A program made the translations under genes and the position numbers. This document shows, in pieces, positions 30,900-46,540 of a stretch of DNA of 64,000 nucleotides. The stretch covers positions 128,620-192,619 of the forward strand of contig CAYGUV010000001.1 in NCBI GenBank assembly GCA_964353185.1, given 5' to 3'. Source of the stretch: an uncultured Micavibrio sp. (GTDB lineage: Bacteria > Pseudomonadota > Alphaproteobacteria > Micavibrionales > Micavibrionaceae). The notes below the pieces were generated by a model that made no database searches, was not told the origin of the DNA, and saw only the letters and a list, made by a program, of their open reading frames with translations. Every line of letters starts with the position of its first letter. Positions within the stretch are counted from its first letter, which is position 1.

Positions 30900-31736
30900 A
30901 TGAATAAATATTATCTTTTATTGCCATTGTGCTTACTCACGGTTGCTAGTTGTTCTGGCTTGTCTAAAACAGAAGAGGGTGTAAATGCTGAATTGGCTTC
31001 CACCCAAGCTAAATCAGTAGAACAGCTTTATATGGAAGCTGAATCAGCAATGCGACAGCAAGAATATACAAAAGCTATTCCTCTTTTTGAGCAAGTCGAA
31101 AGAGAATATCCGTATTCAAAGTTTGCAACCCAAGCACAGCTTATGGCTGCTAAAGCAGCTTTTGATGATGATCAATATGATCAAGCTATATTATCTTTAG
31201 ATCGATTTATCGAGCTTCATCCAGGAAATGATGAAATTGATTATGCGTATTATTTGAAAGCCCTAGCTTATTATGAGCAAATTTCAGATGTCGCAAGAGA
31301 TCAGGCAATCACAAAGCGTTCTTTAGAAGCTTTTGACACCCTTACGAAACGATTCCCAGATAGTCAGTACGCACGAGATGCAAATTTGAAGCGTGATCTT
31401 ACCCTTGACCACTTGGCTGGAAAAGAAATGCAAATAGGAAGATATTATTTGAAAAGAAATCAAATTAATGCGGCAATTAACCGCTTTCAAACAGTTGTAA
31501 AAGATTACCAAACGACTACTCATGTGGCTGAGGCTCTTCATCGATTAGTCGAATCTTATTTAATCCTTGGTTTGTCTGGTGAAGCAGAAAAAGTTGCGGC
31601 AGTATTGGGGCATAATTACCCTGGCTCAAAGTGGTATCAGGACACTTATAAAATCTTAGATAAGAACTCTAGACAAAAAATTATGGAAGAGAGATCGTTC
31701 TTTAGCAAAACAGTCGATTCTCTCTTTGATTCTTAA
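30900..31736 (+). CDS. bamD: outer membrane protein assembly factor BamD (lipoprotein, TPR-like)
   Basis: Lipobox LTVASC. YfiO-like repeats (YPYSKFA, YLKALAYY, FPDSQYA). Confidence 0.85.
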   Translation: MNKYYLLLPLCLLTVASCSGLSKTEEGVNAELASTQAKSVEQLYMEAESAMRQQEYTKAIPLFEQVEREYPYSKFATQAQLMAAKAAFDDDQYDQAILSLDRFIELHPGNDEIDYAYYLKALAYYEQISDVARDQAITKRSLEAFDTLTKRFPDSQYARDANLKRDLTLDHLAGKEMQIGRYYLKRNQINAAINRFQTVVKDYQTTTHVAEALHRLVESYLILGLSGEAEKVAAVLGHNYPGSKWYQDTYKILDKNSRQKIMEERSFFSKTVDSLFDS

Positions 31737-31753
31737 TAAGGCGAGGCGACAAT

Positions 31754-36401
<4,648 letters not shown>

Positions 36402-36493
36402 TTGCTGTAATACTTTATTTTATTATTTACTGATTTTGAATGATTTCAAGAGGGAAGTAAATTTGATTTATTAGTGATTTTTTCTTCAAACGC

Positions 36494-36522
36494 TTGACAA
36501 ATAAGCAATGCCCTCATATATT
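36494..36522 (+). promoter_or_regulatory. sigma70-type promoter for rpmJ
   Basis: TTGACA (36494-36499), 17 nt spacer, TATATT (36517-36522). Confidence 0.6.
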
Positions 36523-36560
36523 CGGCGTTCAATTCACAGATTAAAAGTAAAGATACGGAC

Positions 36561-36686
36561 ATGAAAGTAGTTAACTCATTGAAAACATTAAAGAAACGTG
36601 ACAGAAACTGTCGTGTTATTCGTCGTAAAGGGCGTGTTTATGTTATTAACAAAATGAATAAACGTTTCAAAGCGCGCCAAGGATAA
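36561..36686 (+). CDS. rpmJ: 50S ribosomal protein L36 (41 aa, below the ORF-track cutoff)
   Basis: My translation is [41 protein letters not shown], which matches the alphaproteobacterial L36 form. Confidence 0.9.
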   Translation: MKVVNSLKTLKKRDRNCRVIRRKGRVYVINKMNKRFKARQG

Positions 36687-36707
36687 GGCGAGCTGACTAT
36701 ATTTTTG

Positions 36708-36736
36708 AAAATCCGCCCATGTTGGCGGATTTTTTG
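36708..36736 (+). terminator. rho-independent terminator after rpmJ
   Basis: AAAATCCGCC ... GGCGGATTTT stem followed by TTTGTG. Confidence 0.8.
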
Positions 36737-36820
36737 TGTCTAAAACACAAAATTTATGAAAGATTATGATGTGTTTTGTCGTTAAGTTTGCTATATATTC
36801 TCAACTTCAATATTTAATGA

Positions 36821-37879
<1,059 letters not shown>

Positions 37880-37952
37880 TAATATACATATTCGTCTTGT
37901 TGGATAGTTGTTTTCATTGATATAATGTAAATAACAAAATTGTGCTTAATCT

Positions 37953-38825
37953 ATGAAAAAATATAACTCAAAAAAATCAACAATATCTGGTGTCGCTAGC
38001 CCTTATAGCATAGGCAGTGGTACAGGTTATGTTGCGCTTTTAGTTATTTCTGGAGTTTTATTAATCAGTAGTATTTTTAACCCATCTCAATTTTCCGATG
38101 TGCGTACAGCAACAATAGATTTATTAACTCCTGTTATTTCATCTTTTGGAAAACCTTTTAAGATGGCTTCTGAAAATATTAGTTCAATTTCTGGTTTTGC
38201 ATCTTTGCGAGCAGAGAACACATCTTTAAAAACAGAAAATATACGTCTTAAAGAATGGTATCAAACAGCTTTGATGTTACAGGCCGAAAACCAATCTTTA
38301 CAAAAATTACTTAATGTTAAAACCCAAAATCATCAAAACTTCATTACAACGCGTGTTGTTTCGGACCTAACTAGTAACTTTGTTAAAACTGTTATTGTGT
38401 CTTCTGGAATTAATGAAGGAGTGAAGAAAAACCAAGCAGTTTTATCTGGTGAAGGTATGATTGGGAGAGTTATAGAAGCTGGTGAAAATTCTGCGCGTGT
38501 ATTGTTATTGACGGATATAAATTCACGTCTTCCTGTATTAATTGAAGGAACTAATCAAAAAGCAATATTAACGGGCACAAATGATAATTTGCCGTTATTG
38601 AGGCATTTGCCTAAAGATACTGGTATGGTTGAGGGTGCGCGTATCGTGACATCAGGTGATGGAGGGGTTTTTCCCGCTAGTTTGCCTATTGGACGTGTAG
38701 TGAAAAGTGACAGCGGTTATGCTGTCAAATTATATGGAGAAATAGATAAGATTTCTTTTGTACGTGTTGTCGATACAACGTCACCCGAAAACTTAATTCG
38801 TGGTGACTTTAGTCAGAAGCAATAG
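37953..38825 (+). CDS. mreC: rod shape-determining protein MreC
   Basis: N-terminal TM, coiled coil (ENTSLKTENIRLK) and C-terminal beta domains (GVFPASLPIGRV). Confidence 0.9.
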   Translation: MKKYNSKKSTISGVASPYSIGSGTGYVALLVISGVLLISSIFNPSQFSDVRTATIDLLTPVISSFGKPFKMASENISSISGFASLRAENTSLKTENIRLKEWYQTALMLQAENQSLQKLLNVKTQNHQNFITTRVVSDLTSNFVKTVIVSSGINEGVKKNQAVLSGEGMIGRVIEAGENSARVLLLTDINSRLPVLIEGTNQKAILTGTNDNLPLLRHLPKDTGMVEGARIVTSGDGGVFPASLPIGRVVKSDSGYAVKLYGEIDKISFVRVVDTTSPENLIRGDFSQKQ

Positions 38826-39350
38826 ATGATTTCACTATTATCCATTGAAAATTTAGATTGGCTTTGGCGTGCTGGACTTATTCAAGCCATTACATTTATT
38901 TTTGTTTTTTTTTCTTTTATAAATTTTTCCATCATTATTGATGTAAAGCCAATATTTCTTTTAATAGTTATTTTTTATTGGTCTGTATATCGTCCTACAA
39001 TTTTGCCGCCGGTTTTGATTTTTATTATAGGGTTAGTCCAAGATTTAATTTATGAATACCCTTTGGGGTTGCATTCAATTTTATATTTATGTGTTTATTT
39101 TTTAATAACAAGGCAAAGAATATATTTGATGGGGCAATCTTATTTAAATCTTTGGTTTTTCTTTTCTTTAACCATTTTATCTTTTGTTTCTATTGAGTGG
39201 CTATTTTTTTCTGTGCGGTATTTTCAAATTTTTGCAGGAACGTCTTTATTTTTCTCTGCCTTAATTACTATTTTCTTATACCCTATCGTCAGTCTTCTGT
39301 TAATTTTTTTAAACCGTCTGTTAAATACGGTATCTTCAGTGGATAAATAA
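38826..39350 (+). CDS. mreD: rod shape-determining protein MreD
   Basis: Polytopic membrane protein immediately after mreC. Confidence 0.75.
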   Translation: MISLLSIENLDWLWRAGLIQAITFIFVFFSFINFSIIIDVKPIFLLIVIFYWSVYRPTILPPVLIFIIGLVQDLIYEYPLGLHSILYLCVYFLITRQRIYLMGQSYLNLWFFFSLTILSFVSIEWLFFSVRYFQIFAGTSLFFSALITIFLYPIVSLLLIFLNRLLNTVSSVDK

Positions 39351-39352
39351 AA

Positions 39353-41182
39353 ATGGATTTTGATAATGATAGACTTCAAACTTTTGGTCGAAGGACATTT
39401 TTGCTCGGTGCCTTACAAGGTGTAGCTTTATCTGTTTTAGCAGCTAGATTAGCGTGGCTGCAGGTTTTTCAAGGTGGACGTTATAAAACCTTAGCAGATA
39501 AGAACCGTATTAATACAAAGTTATTAATTCCTCAGCGAGGAGAAATCATTGATAGATTTGGTGTTCCAATGGCGGTTAATAATCAAAATTTTCGTATTTT
39601 AATGATTCCAGAGCAAATTGAGGACGTTGATATTGCGCTCAAAAACTTATCAAAAATCATAGAAATTGAAGAGTGGCGAATTGAAAATGTAAAAGAAAAA
39701 GCAAAAAAATTAGCATCATTTGTGCCAATTGAAGTTCGTGATAAATTAACATGGGATGAAGTGTCCGCCTTAGAAGTGAATATTTCTGATCTGCCAGGGA
39801 TTTTTATTGAAGAGGGGGAAATAAGAAACTATCCGCATGGGTATATAACGAGTCATGTAATTGGATATTTAGGTGCCGTAAATAAAACTGAATTAACGGA
39901 TGACCCTTTATTGAAAGCACCTGCTTTTAAAATTGGAAAGACAGGATTAGAAAAAGATTATGATCTGATTTTACGTGGTAAAGCAGGGAATTCAAATTTA
40001 GAAGTTAATGTTAGAGGACGCGCAGTTAGAGAAATTGATCAAATTAAAAGTGTTCAAGGTAAGTCAATTACGCTTTCGCTTGATTCAGAATTACAAAGAT
40101 ATGTTCAAGATAGATTAGCTGAACATAAAAGTGCGTCTGCAATTATTATGGACTCACAGACGGGAGCAATATATGCGTTAGCATCGCACCCAAGTTTTGA
40201 TCCAAATTTATTTGTTGGCGGAATTAGCACAGACGAGTTTCAAGAGATTTTAAATAATCCGGCTTTCCCCTTAAACAACAAAGCACTTACGGGGCAATAC
40301 CCTCCTGGATCAACTTTTAAAATGATTACAGCTCTGGCGGCATTGGAAGGCGGCTATGCCAATGCTATAACAACAGTAAATTGTTCCGGAACATATGAGT
40401 ATGGAACGGATAAATTTCGTTGTTGGAAATTAAGTGGCCATGGCAACGTTGATGTTCACGAATCTTTGATGAAATCTTGTGATACCTATTATTATCAATT
40501 ATCTACTGAAATTGGTATAGATAATATTGCATTAATGGCGCAAAAATTTGGCCTTGGACAATCATATGGTTTTGATATTTCAGATGAAAGAAAGGGCCTG
40601 ATTCCAACAAAGAAATGGAAGATGGAAAAATTGAAAAAGCAGTGGCGCGGTGGAGAAACAATTATTGCCAGTATTGGGCAAGGTTATATGTTAGCTACTC
40701 CCTTACAATTAGCAGTTATGACATCACGGCTTGTGAATGGTGGGGTCGCTGTAAAACCATGGCTTGTTGATACTATTGACGGTATTCGTCAGCAAGCATT
40801 AAAATGGCCTAAAATAAGTATTGATGTTAAGAATTTAGATATTATCAAAAAAGGCATGGATTCTGTTGTTAATAATGAAGATGGCACAGCCTACGGCTCA
40901 CGATACAGCGACGATCTTTATTCATTTGGCGGAAAAACAGGAACAGCGCAAGTTACAAGAATTGATAGACAGCAACGCGCATTGGGTATCATGAATGATG
41001 ATTTGGAGTGGCGCTTTCGTCACCATGCTTTGTTTGTTGGGTATGCCCCCTTAATTAATCCAAGATATGTTTGCTCGGTTGTGGTTGAGCATGGTGGTGG
41101 AGGATCTGCAGTTGCAGCCCCTATTGCAAGTGATATCTTGCTTGAAACACAAAAAAGAAATCCGGCAACAAGGCGCGCATAA
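39353..41182 (+). CDS. mrdA: peptidoglycan D,D-transpeptidase MrdA (PBP2)
   Basis: PGSTFK and KTGTAQ motifs. Position between mreD and rodA. Confidence 0.93.
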   Translation: MDFDNDRLQTFGRRTFLLGALQGVALSVLAARLAWLQVFQGGRYKTLADKNRINTKLLIPQRGEIIDRFGVPMAVNNQNFRILMIPEQIEDVDIALKNLSKIIEIEEWRIENVKEKAKKLASFVPIEVRDKLTWDEVSALEVNISDLPGIFIEEGEIRNYPHGYITSHVIGYLGAVNKTELTDDPLLKAPAFKIGKTGLEKDYDLILRGKAGNSNLEVNVRGRAVREIDQIKSVQGKSITLSLDSELQRYVQDRLAEHKSASAIIMDSQTGAIYALASHPSFDPNLFVGGISTDEFQEILNNPAFPLNNKALTGQYPPGSTFKMITALAALEGGYANAITTVNCSGTYEYGTDKFRCWKLSGHGNVDVHESLMKSCDTYYYQLSTEIGIDNIALMAQKFGLGQSYGFDISDERKGLIPTKKWKMEKLKKQWRGGETIIASIGQGYMLATPLQLAVMTSRLVNGGVAVKPWLVDTIDGIRQQALKWPKISIDVKNLDIIKKGMDSVVNNEDGTAYGSRYSDDLYSFGGKTGTAQVTRIDRQQRALGIMNDDLEWRFRHHALFVGYAPLINPRYVCSVVVEHGGGGSAVAAPIASDILLETQKRNPATRRA

Positions 41183-41197
41183 AAGGGCAGGATATAA

Positions 41198-42328
41198 ATG
41201 TTTGATACTATAAAATTAGATAATAATATGACCTTAGCTCAAAAAATGAGCCATATGGGGTGGGGATTGATTTTATTAATCTGCGTTTTAGCTTCTATTG
41301 GATTTATTTGTTTATATTCTGCTGCGAATGGAAATGTTGACCCTTGGGCATCCAAACAATTTGTTCGTTTCTGCGTCGGCATGACTGGCCTTTTTATTAT
41401 AGCTCTTATTGATATCAAATGGTGGTTTGGATTGGCTTATCCCATTTACATCGTTGGCTTTATCTCTTTAGTCTTTGTTGAAATTATGGGGCACACTGGT
41501 ATGGGTGCACAGCGATGGATTAATTTGGGGTTCATTCAAATACAGCCCTCAGAATTTATGAAAATTGCTGTGGTTTTAGCGTTGGCTAAATATTTTCAAT
41601 CTGCATCAGCCGCTGATATGCGAAATATTAGGTTTTTGGCCATTGGTAGTATTTTAATTTTTTTACCAGTAGGTTTGGTTCTTTTGCAACCTGATTTAGG
41701 AACATCTCTAATGATTATTATGGCGGGGTTGTCGATGTTCTTTATGGCAGGTATGCCTATATGGGTTTTTATCGCAGGGGGTGTTTTAGTGTTGGCCTCG
41801 TTACCGGTGATATGGGGCTTTATGCATGATTACCAAAAGGCACGTGTCATGACCTTTCTTGACCCTGAATCAGATCCGTTAGGAAGTGGATATCATATTA
41901 CGCAATCTAAAATTGCTTTAGGATCCGGCGGGATTGACGGAAAGGGTTTTTTAGAAGGAACACAAAGCCGCTTAAATTTTTTGCCAGAAAAGCAAACAGA
42001 TTTTATTTTTACTTTATGGGCTGAAGAATGGGGTTTAATAGGAGGGGTGTTCTTATTAATCGTTATTTTCTTAATTTTAATGTATGGATTTTTTATTGCT
42101 GCACGCTGTCGTCACGCCTTTGGAAGATTATTAACCTTAGGGTTAACAACAAACTTCTTTCTTTACGCCTGTATAAATATCTCAATGGTTATGGGGTTAA
42201 TCCCTGTCGTGGGAGCCCCTTTACCACTTGTCTCATACGGGGGAACATCAATGCTGGCCGCATTGGTAGGATTCGGATTAATGCTTTCGTGCAATATTCA
42301 CCGTAATAGCAAACTTCTTAGAATGTAA
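41198..42328 (+). CDS. rodA: SEDS peptidoglycan glycosyltransferase RodA
   Basis: FtsW/RodA family (PEKQTDFIF, PLPLVSYGGTS). Position after mrdA. Confidence 0.93.
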   Translation: MFDTIKLDNNMTLAQKMSHMGWGLILLICVLASIGFICLYSAANGNVDPWASKQFVRFCVGMTGLFIIALIDIKWWFGLAYPIYIVGFISLVFVEIMGHTGMGAQRWINLGFIQIQPSEFMKIAVVLALAKYFQSASAADMRNIRFLAIGSILIFLPVGLVLLQPDLGTSLMIIMAGLSMFFMAGMPIWVFIAGGVLVLASLPVIWGFMHDYQKARVMTFLDPESDPLGSGYHITQSKIALGSGGIDGKGFLEGTQSRLNFLPEKQTDFIFTLWAEEWGLIGGVFLLIVIFLILMYGFFIAARCRHAFGRLLTLGLTTNFFLYACINISMVMGLIPVVGAPLPLVSYGGTSMLAALVGFGLMLSCNIHRNSKLLRM

Positions 42329-42343
42329 TCAGCTTTTTTATGC

Positions 42344-42682
42344 TTAAGATGCTTTACTGAAGGCAACCCCTTTGTCTTTTAAAAGTGTCTCTAATTCACC
42401 AGTTTCGTACATTTCACGCACAATGTCACATCCACCAATAAATTCACCCTTTATGTATAGTTGTGGAATGGTTGGCCACTCACTAAATTCCTTAATATTT
42501 TCACGCAAGACATTGTCTTCTAAAACATTGATATCTTTGAAAGATACGCCACTTTGCGCTAAAATTTGAACAACTGCGGCAGAGAATCCACATTGAGGAA
42601 ATGTTGAGTTTCCTTTCATATATAAAACCACATCGTTTTCGTTTATTTCTTTTCGTATTTGGTCAAAGTGAATATTTTCCAT
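42344..42682 (-). CDS. grxD: monothiol glutaredoxin (Grx4 family)
   Basis: CGFS active site (PQCGFSAAV) and WPTIPQLYI motif. Confidence 0.95.
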   Translation of the reverse strand: MENIHFDQIRKEINENDVVLYMKGNSTFPQCGFSAAVVQILAQSGVSFKDINVLEDNVLRENIKEFSEWPTIPQLYIKGEFIGGCDIVREMYETGELETLLKDKGVAFSKAS

Positions 42683-42725
42683 TTTATTTTCCTCTATCGT
42701 TACAAATTATTATTACGCAAATTTA

Positions 42726-42956
42726 CTATTCTACAGATGTGTGTATGGCCAAAGCGTGTAGCTCGTTTCCCATTTTTCCCTTAAGGGCTTTGTAAACCAT
42801 TTGATGTTGCTGTATTTTGGATTTTCCTTGAAAGCTAGGGGATATAACATGCGCAGCGTAGTGATCGCCATCTCCACGCATATCTGAAATGGTTACTTTT
42901 GCATTCGGTATGCCCTCATAAATCAATTGCTCTATAACATTACTTTCCATCGCCAT
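42726..42956 (-). CDS. bolA: BolA family protein
   Basis: 76-aa BolA fold with a HYAAHV ... F.G.S...QH..VY pattern. Adjacent to grxD. Confidence 0.88.
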   Translation of the reverse strand: MAMESNVIEQLIYEGIPNAKVTISDMRGDGDHYAAHVISPSFQGKSKIQQHQMVYKALKGKMGNELHALAIHTSVE

Positions 42957-42990
42957 GATGCTATTCCTTCAAAGGGTATAATTTATTTCT

Positions 42991-43311
42991 TTAATCTTGT
43001 TTAATTTGCTCTTGAGCTTTTATAAAGAATTCTTCAATTTTTACTAATACTTCATTAGGGCTCATTTCAAGGCTATTTTTTTCGATATCAGGCATAACGA
43101 ATCGGACCACATCGTCAAAACCAGGCTCTTCTAAGTTAGCTCCCAAAACGTCTACAGCATAAGTTTCGGCTGCATCTGCGTCTAAACCCATTTTTTCAGC
43201 TAACCAGAGACCAAAAAGCTTACATGCTCTGGCTTCTGCTTTGAATAAATTGGCCTCATCTAGAGCAAATTTGTTCTCAAAAGCCTTTTCTCGGTCGTTT
43301 AAATCATTCAT
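42991..43311 (-). CDS. DUF1476 protein, alphaproteobacterial F1Fo-ATPase inhibitor zeta-subunit family
   Basis: [24 protein letters not shown] resembles the Paracoccus zeta-subunit N-terminal inhibitory region, as I recall it. Confidence 0.7.
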   Translation of the reverse strand: MNDLNDREKAFENKFALDEANLFKAEARACKLFGLWLAEKMGLDADAAETYAVDVLGANLEEPGFDDVVRFVMPDIEKNSLEMSPNEVLVKIEEFFIKAQEQIKQD

Positions 43312-43414
43312 TTTCCACTTTTCCTTACATAAGTTTGATCTAAATATAACGTATCATTTGAATTGTTTGAAATCCATGCTTATATATAAGAAATTTATTG
43401 AGTTAGGAAATATT

Positions 43415-44275
43415 ATGAATAAACGTAAAGCACTCTACGAAGGCAAAGCAAAAACTATATACGAGGGGCCAGAACCAGGTACTTTGATCCAATATTTTAA
43501 GGATAATGTTTCTGCCACGTCGATTGACCCAGATAAGAAAGGGGTCATAGCAGGTAAAGGGGTCTTAAATAATCGTATTTCTGCTCATATCATGACAAAA
43601 CTAGAGGATCTTGGCATTCCTACACATTTTATACGTTCATTGAATATGCGTGAACAGCTAGTTCGTAAGGTTGATATTGTTCCGCTTGAAGTTGTTATTA
43701 GAAACGTTTCAACAGGATCGTTGAGCCGCCGCCTTGGTATTAAAGAAGGCACAGTTTTACATCAGCCTTTGGTTGAATTTTATTACAAAAATGATGAGTT
43801 AAATGATCCTATCGTTAGTGAGCAACATATTGTTTCATTTGGTTGGGCTGACCCATACGAATTAGAAGAGATAGTCCACCAAGCTTTACGTGTTAATGAT
43901 TTTATGGCCGGCATGTTCTCCGCTATTGGTTTAACTCTAATTGATTTTAAATTAGAGTTTGGTCGGTTGTGGGGAGAAGATGATGAACTTTATATTATTC
44001 TTGCCGATGAAGTATCACCAGATAATTGCCGCCTTTGGGATTCGAAGACAGGTGAACGTATGGACAAAGATAGATATCGCCACGATTTAGGAGACTTAAT
44101 CGAGGGATATGAGGAAATTGCCAAACGTTTAGGACTTATTCCTGAAACAGGAATTTTTGAGGGCGGTAGTATCAATGAAGAAATTGCAGAGCAATTGGAA
44201 GATATTGAAAATGACCAAGCCAAAGAGCGTAAATTGCGTGCAGTCAAGAAAACAAAGCAGCCCAGAAAATCTTAA
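43415..44275 (+). CDS. purC: phosphoribosylaminoimidazole-succinocarboxamide synthase with about 45-aa charged C-terminal tail
   Basis: [11 protein letters not shown]-terminus and [13 protein letters not shown] motif. Start moved to the ATG at 43415 (the track start at 43241 overlaps the divergent gene). Confidence 0.92.
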   Translation: MNKRKALYEGKAKTIYEGPEPGTLIQYFKDNVSATSIDPDKKGVIAGKGVLNNRISAHIMTKLEDLGIPTHFIRSLNMREQLVRKVDIVPLEVVIRNVSTGSLSRRLGIKEGTVLHQPLVEFYYKNDELNDPIVSEQHIVSFGWADPYELEEIVHQALRVNDFMAGMFSAIGLTLIDFKLEFGRLWGEDDELYIILADEVSPDNCRLWDSKTGERMDKDRYRHDLGDLIEGYEEIAKRLGLIPETGIFEGGSINEEIAEQLEDIENDQAKERKLRAVKKTKQPRKS

Positions 44276-44277
44276 TT

Positions 44278-45063
44278 TTAACAGGTAATAAATTGCTCTT
44301 TTAAAATTCGTTCCCCTAAATTATGGTCAGGATCAAATAAAAGGGTGCGGGCATGCTCGGTTGATTGGTTAATTTTTACTGATTGAATATCGCGAAACTC
44401 TTTTGAGTCAGCTGTCGCGCTAACGGGACGTTTATCATGGTTGTGCACTTCAATTTGTACACACACATTTGATGGTAGTAAAGCGCCACGCCAACGCCTT
44501 GGGCGAAATGCACTAATCGGAGTTAAGGCCAATAAATTTGCAGATATCGGTAAAATAGGGCCATTTGCAGATAAGTTATATGCAGTACTTCCAGCAGGCG
44601 TTGCTAATAAGATTCCATCACACACTAATTCTTCTATGCGTGTTGTGCCATCAACCATAATTTTTAATTTTGCTGCCTGACGCGTTTCACGTAAAAGAGA
44701 TATTTCGTTGAAGGCAATAATTTCCTTTATATCACCACCTTTCGTTTTACACGAAAGTGTAAGAGGATAGATATCAATACTATTTGCGTTTACAAGTTTG
44801 TTAATTAAATCATCTTTTGAATTCGGGTTTAGAAGAAATCCTACAGATCCACAATTTAGACCATAAACAGGTATTGATAATTTCTCATCATGTAATCTAT
44901 GTAGAACTTCAAGCATGGTACCATCACCACCCAAGGCAATCGCAACGTCAGCATCTTTTAGAGCATGGTTTTTGTGAACTTTAGAAAGCGATTCTAAAGT
45001 TTTTTGAGCGGCCTTACTCTCTGAAGCAACAAAAGATAATTTGGGTGAGGATGGAAGTGTCAT
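44278..45063 (-). CDS. nadK: NAD kinase
   Basis: GGDGTML motif and ATPAGSTAYNLSA region. Confidence 0.92.
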   Translation of the reverse strand: MTLPSSPKLSFVASESKAAQKTLESLSKVHKNHALKDADVAIALGGDGTMLEVLHRLHDEKLSIPVYGLNCGSVGFLLNPNSKDDLINKLVNANSIDIYPLTLSCKTKGGDIKEIIAFNEISLLRETRQAAKLKIMVDGTTRIEELVCDGILLATPAGSTAYNLSANGPILPISANLLALTPISAFRPRRWRGALLPSNVCVQIEVHNHDKRPVSATADSKEFRDIQSVKINQSTEHARTLLFDPDHNLGERILKEQFITC

Positions 45064-45726
45064 TTAACTAGCCTGTTTTAAAAATTTTTCAGACCATGTA
45101 TCTGGATCTTTCAAAAATGACTTAACAGATTCGATTGTGTCATCATCAAAAATATTATCTTCTTTGGCTACGCTTAAAATATCCCACCACGTACAAAGAG
45201 CATGTAGATTAATTCCCAAATCTTTCATGCGTTCTTCACTCTTTGGAAAAGTGCCATAATGAAAAACAACAAAGCTATCTGTCACTTCGGCTCCAGCTTC
45301 ACGAAGGACATTAACAAAAGGCACCTTGCTTCCTCCATCACGTTGTAAGTCTTCAACCAACATTACATTTGGTTTTGTTTTCTCATCAAAATAGCCTTCA
45401 ATTTGTGCCATGCGGCCAAACCCTTTTGGTTTTTTACGAACATAAAGCATTGGTTTGCTTAGCTCCTCTGATAAAAAAGCGCCATATGGTATACCTGCAG
45501 TTTCCCCGCCAGCTACATAATCGATGTTAAGATCCGCTAGAATTTCATGTGCGAATTTCATTAATTGACGACGCTCATCAACGAAAGATATAAGACGTCG
45601 GCAGTCAACGTAGACAGGTCCCTTGGCTCCCGATGTATAGGTAAAAGGATCTTTTGTATTCACCAAAACTGATTTCGTACTTAAAAGGATTTTGGCGCTT
45701 TCTTTTGCTATTTGTTCTTTATTCAT
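45064..45726 (-). CDS. pyrE: orotate phosphoribosyltransferase
   Basis: PRTase motif VMLVEDLQRDGGS. Abuts the nadK start with no gap. Confidence 0.85.
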   Translation of the reverse strand: MNKEQIAKESAKILLSTKSVLVNTKDPFTYTSGAKGPVYVDCRRLISFVDERRQLMKFAHEILADLNIDYVAGGETAGIPYGAFLSEELSKPMLYVRKKPKGFGRMAQIEGYFDEKTKPNVMLVEDLQRDGGSKVPFVNVLREAGAEVTDSFVVFHYGTFPKSEERMKDLGINLHALCTWWDILSVAKEDNIFDDDTIESVKSFLKDPDTWSEKFLKQAS

Positions 45727-45750
45727 GATTTCTCTTTTGTAAATTGATAA

Positions 45751-46389
45751 TTATTGGCTGACCCATAAAATGCGTGCGATCCAGCTTATTTCATTTTGAG
45801 GTATCTTACGATTTTCATGGTTAGGGTTTAAGGATAAAAGTTCAATAAGGCTTTCGTTCTGGTGGACCAACTCTTTCGCCATAACTTCACCATTAGCTGT
45901 TTTAACAATGACTCGATCCCCTTTACGAACAGATGATTTGGGAGAGACCACTAAAATATCATTTTGACGATATAAAGGTTCCATAGAATCTCCATTAATA
46001 CGCAAGGCGTATGTTCCATCATCTTTAGATTCAAATTCAGGAAATTCAATATCATCCCAGCTATCCCCATCGGGATAGCCTTGTTCATCAAAAAATCCAA
46101 AGCTTCCTGCTTGAGCAAACCCAATAACAGGTATTGTTTTTTTCTGTGCTAATTCGCTTTCTTCATCAACTAGCGCAACAAATTCAACCATTTGTGCTCC
46201 TGTTGCATTGAGAATTCTTGAGATGCTTTCTGTCGATGGCCATCTTGGTTTTCCATCAGGACCAAATCTTTTACTTTTATTAAAAGAAGTGGGGTCCAAG
46301 CCGGATTGTTTGGCCAAACCCGATGGACTGTAGCCAAAGGTTGAGGCCAGACGATCAACAGCACGCCAAATTTGTTCATGTGTAAGCAT
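45751..46389 (-). CDS. LexA/CI-like repressor: N-terminal HTH plus C-terminal S24 peptidase domain
   Basis: C-terminal GDSMEP (Ser nucleophile) and a downstream Lys region (VIVKT). N-terminal SPSGLAKQSGLDPTSFNKSKR HTH-like segment. Confidence 0.8.
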   Translation of the reverse strand: MLTHEQIWRAVDRLASTFGYSPSGLAKQSGLDPTSFNKSKRFGPDGKPRWPSTESISRILNATGAQMVEFVALVDEESELAQKKTIPVIGFAQAGSFGFFDEQGYPDGDSWDDIEFPEFESKDDGTYALRINGDSMEPLYRQNDILVVSPKSSVRKGDRVIVKTANGEVMAKELVHQNESLIELLSLNPNHENRKIPQNEISWIARILWVSQ

Positions 46390-46471
46390 GTATATCTCCT
46401 TAACAACCGCTCTAGGATTAAACTCCCATTTTTAAAAGTAAATGTAAATAGGAAAAAATTCATATTATTTC

Positions 46472-46500
46472 TTGACAATAGGTATATTATCCTATTTATT
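46472..46500 (+). promoter_or_regulatory. candidate promoter/operator for the rightward portal operon
   Basis: TTGACA (46472-46477), 17 nt spacer, TTTATT. Inverted repeat AATAGG-N8-CCTATT (46477-46496) lies in the spacer. Shares CTTGACAATA with the site at 50602. Confidence 0.45.
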
Positions 46501-46540
46501 GGTATTAATGAACAAGATTTTAAAAATAAGAAAGAGCGGT

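Noticed and set aside
36561-36686. Stand-alone rpmJ as an unusual zinc-independent paralogue
   Set aside because: As far as I recall, the 41-aa form located away from the main ribosomal protein cluster is the normal alphaproteobacterial arrangement, so it is not noteworthy.
43241-43414. 58-aa N-terminal extension of purC in the ORF track
   Set aside because: The extension overlaps the divergent DUF1476 gene and its upstream region. PurC homologues begin at [14 protein letters not shown].
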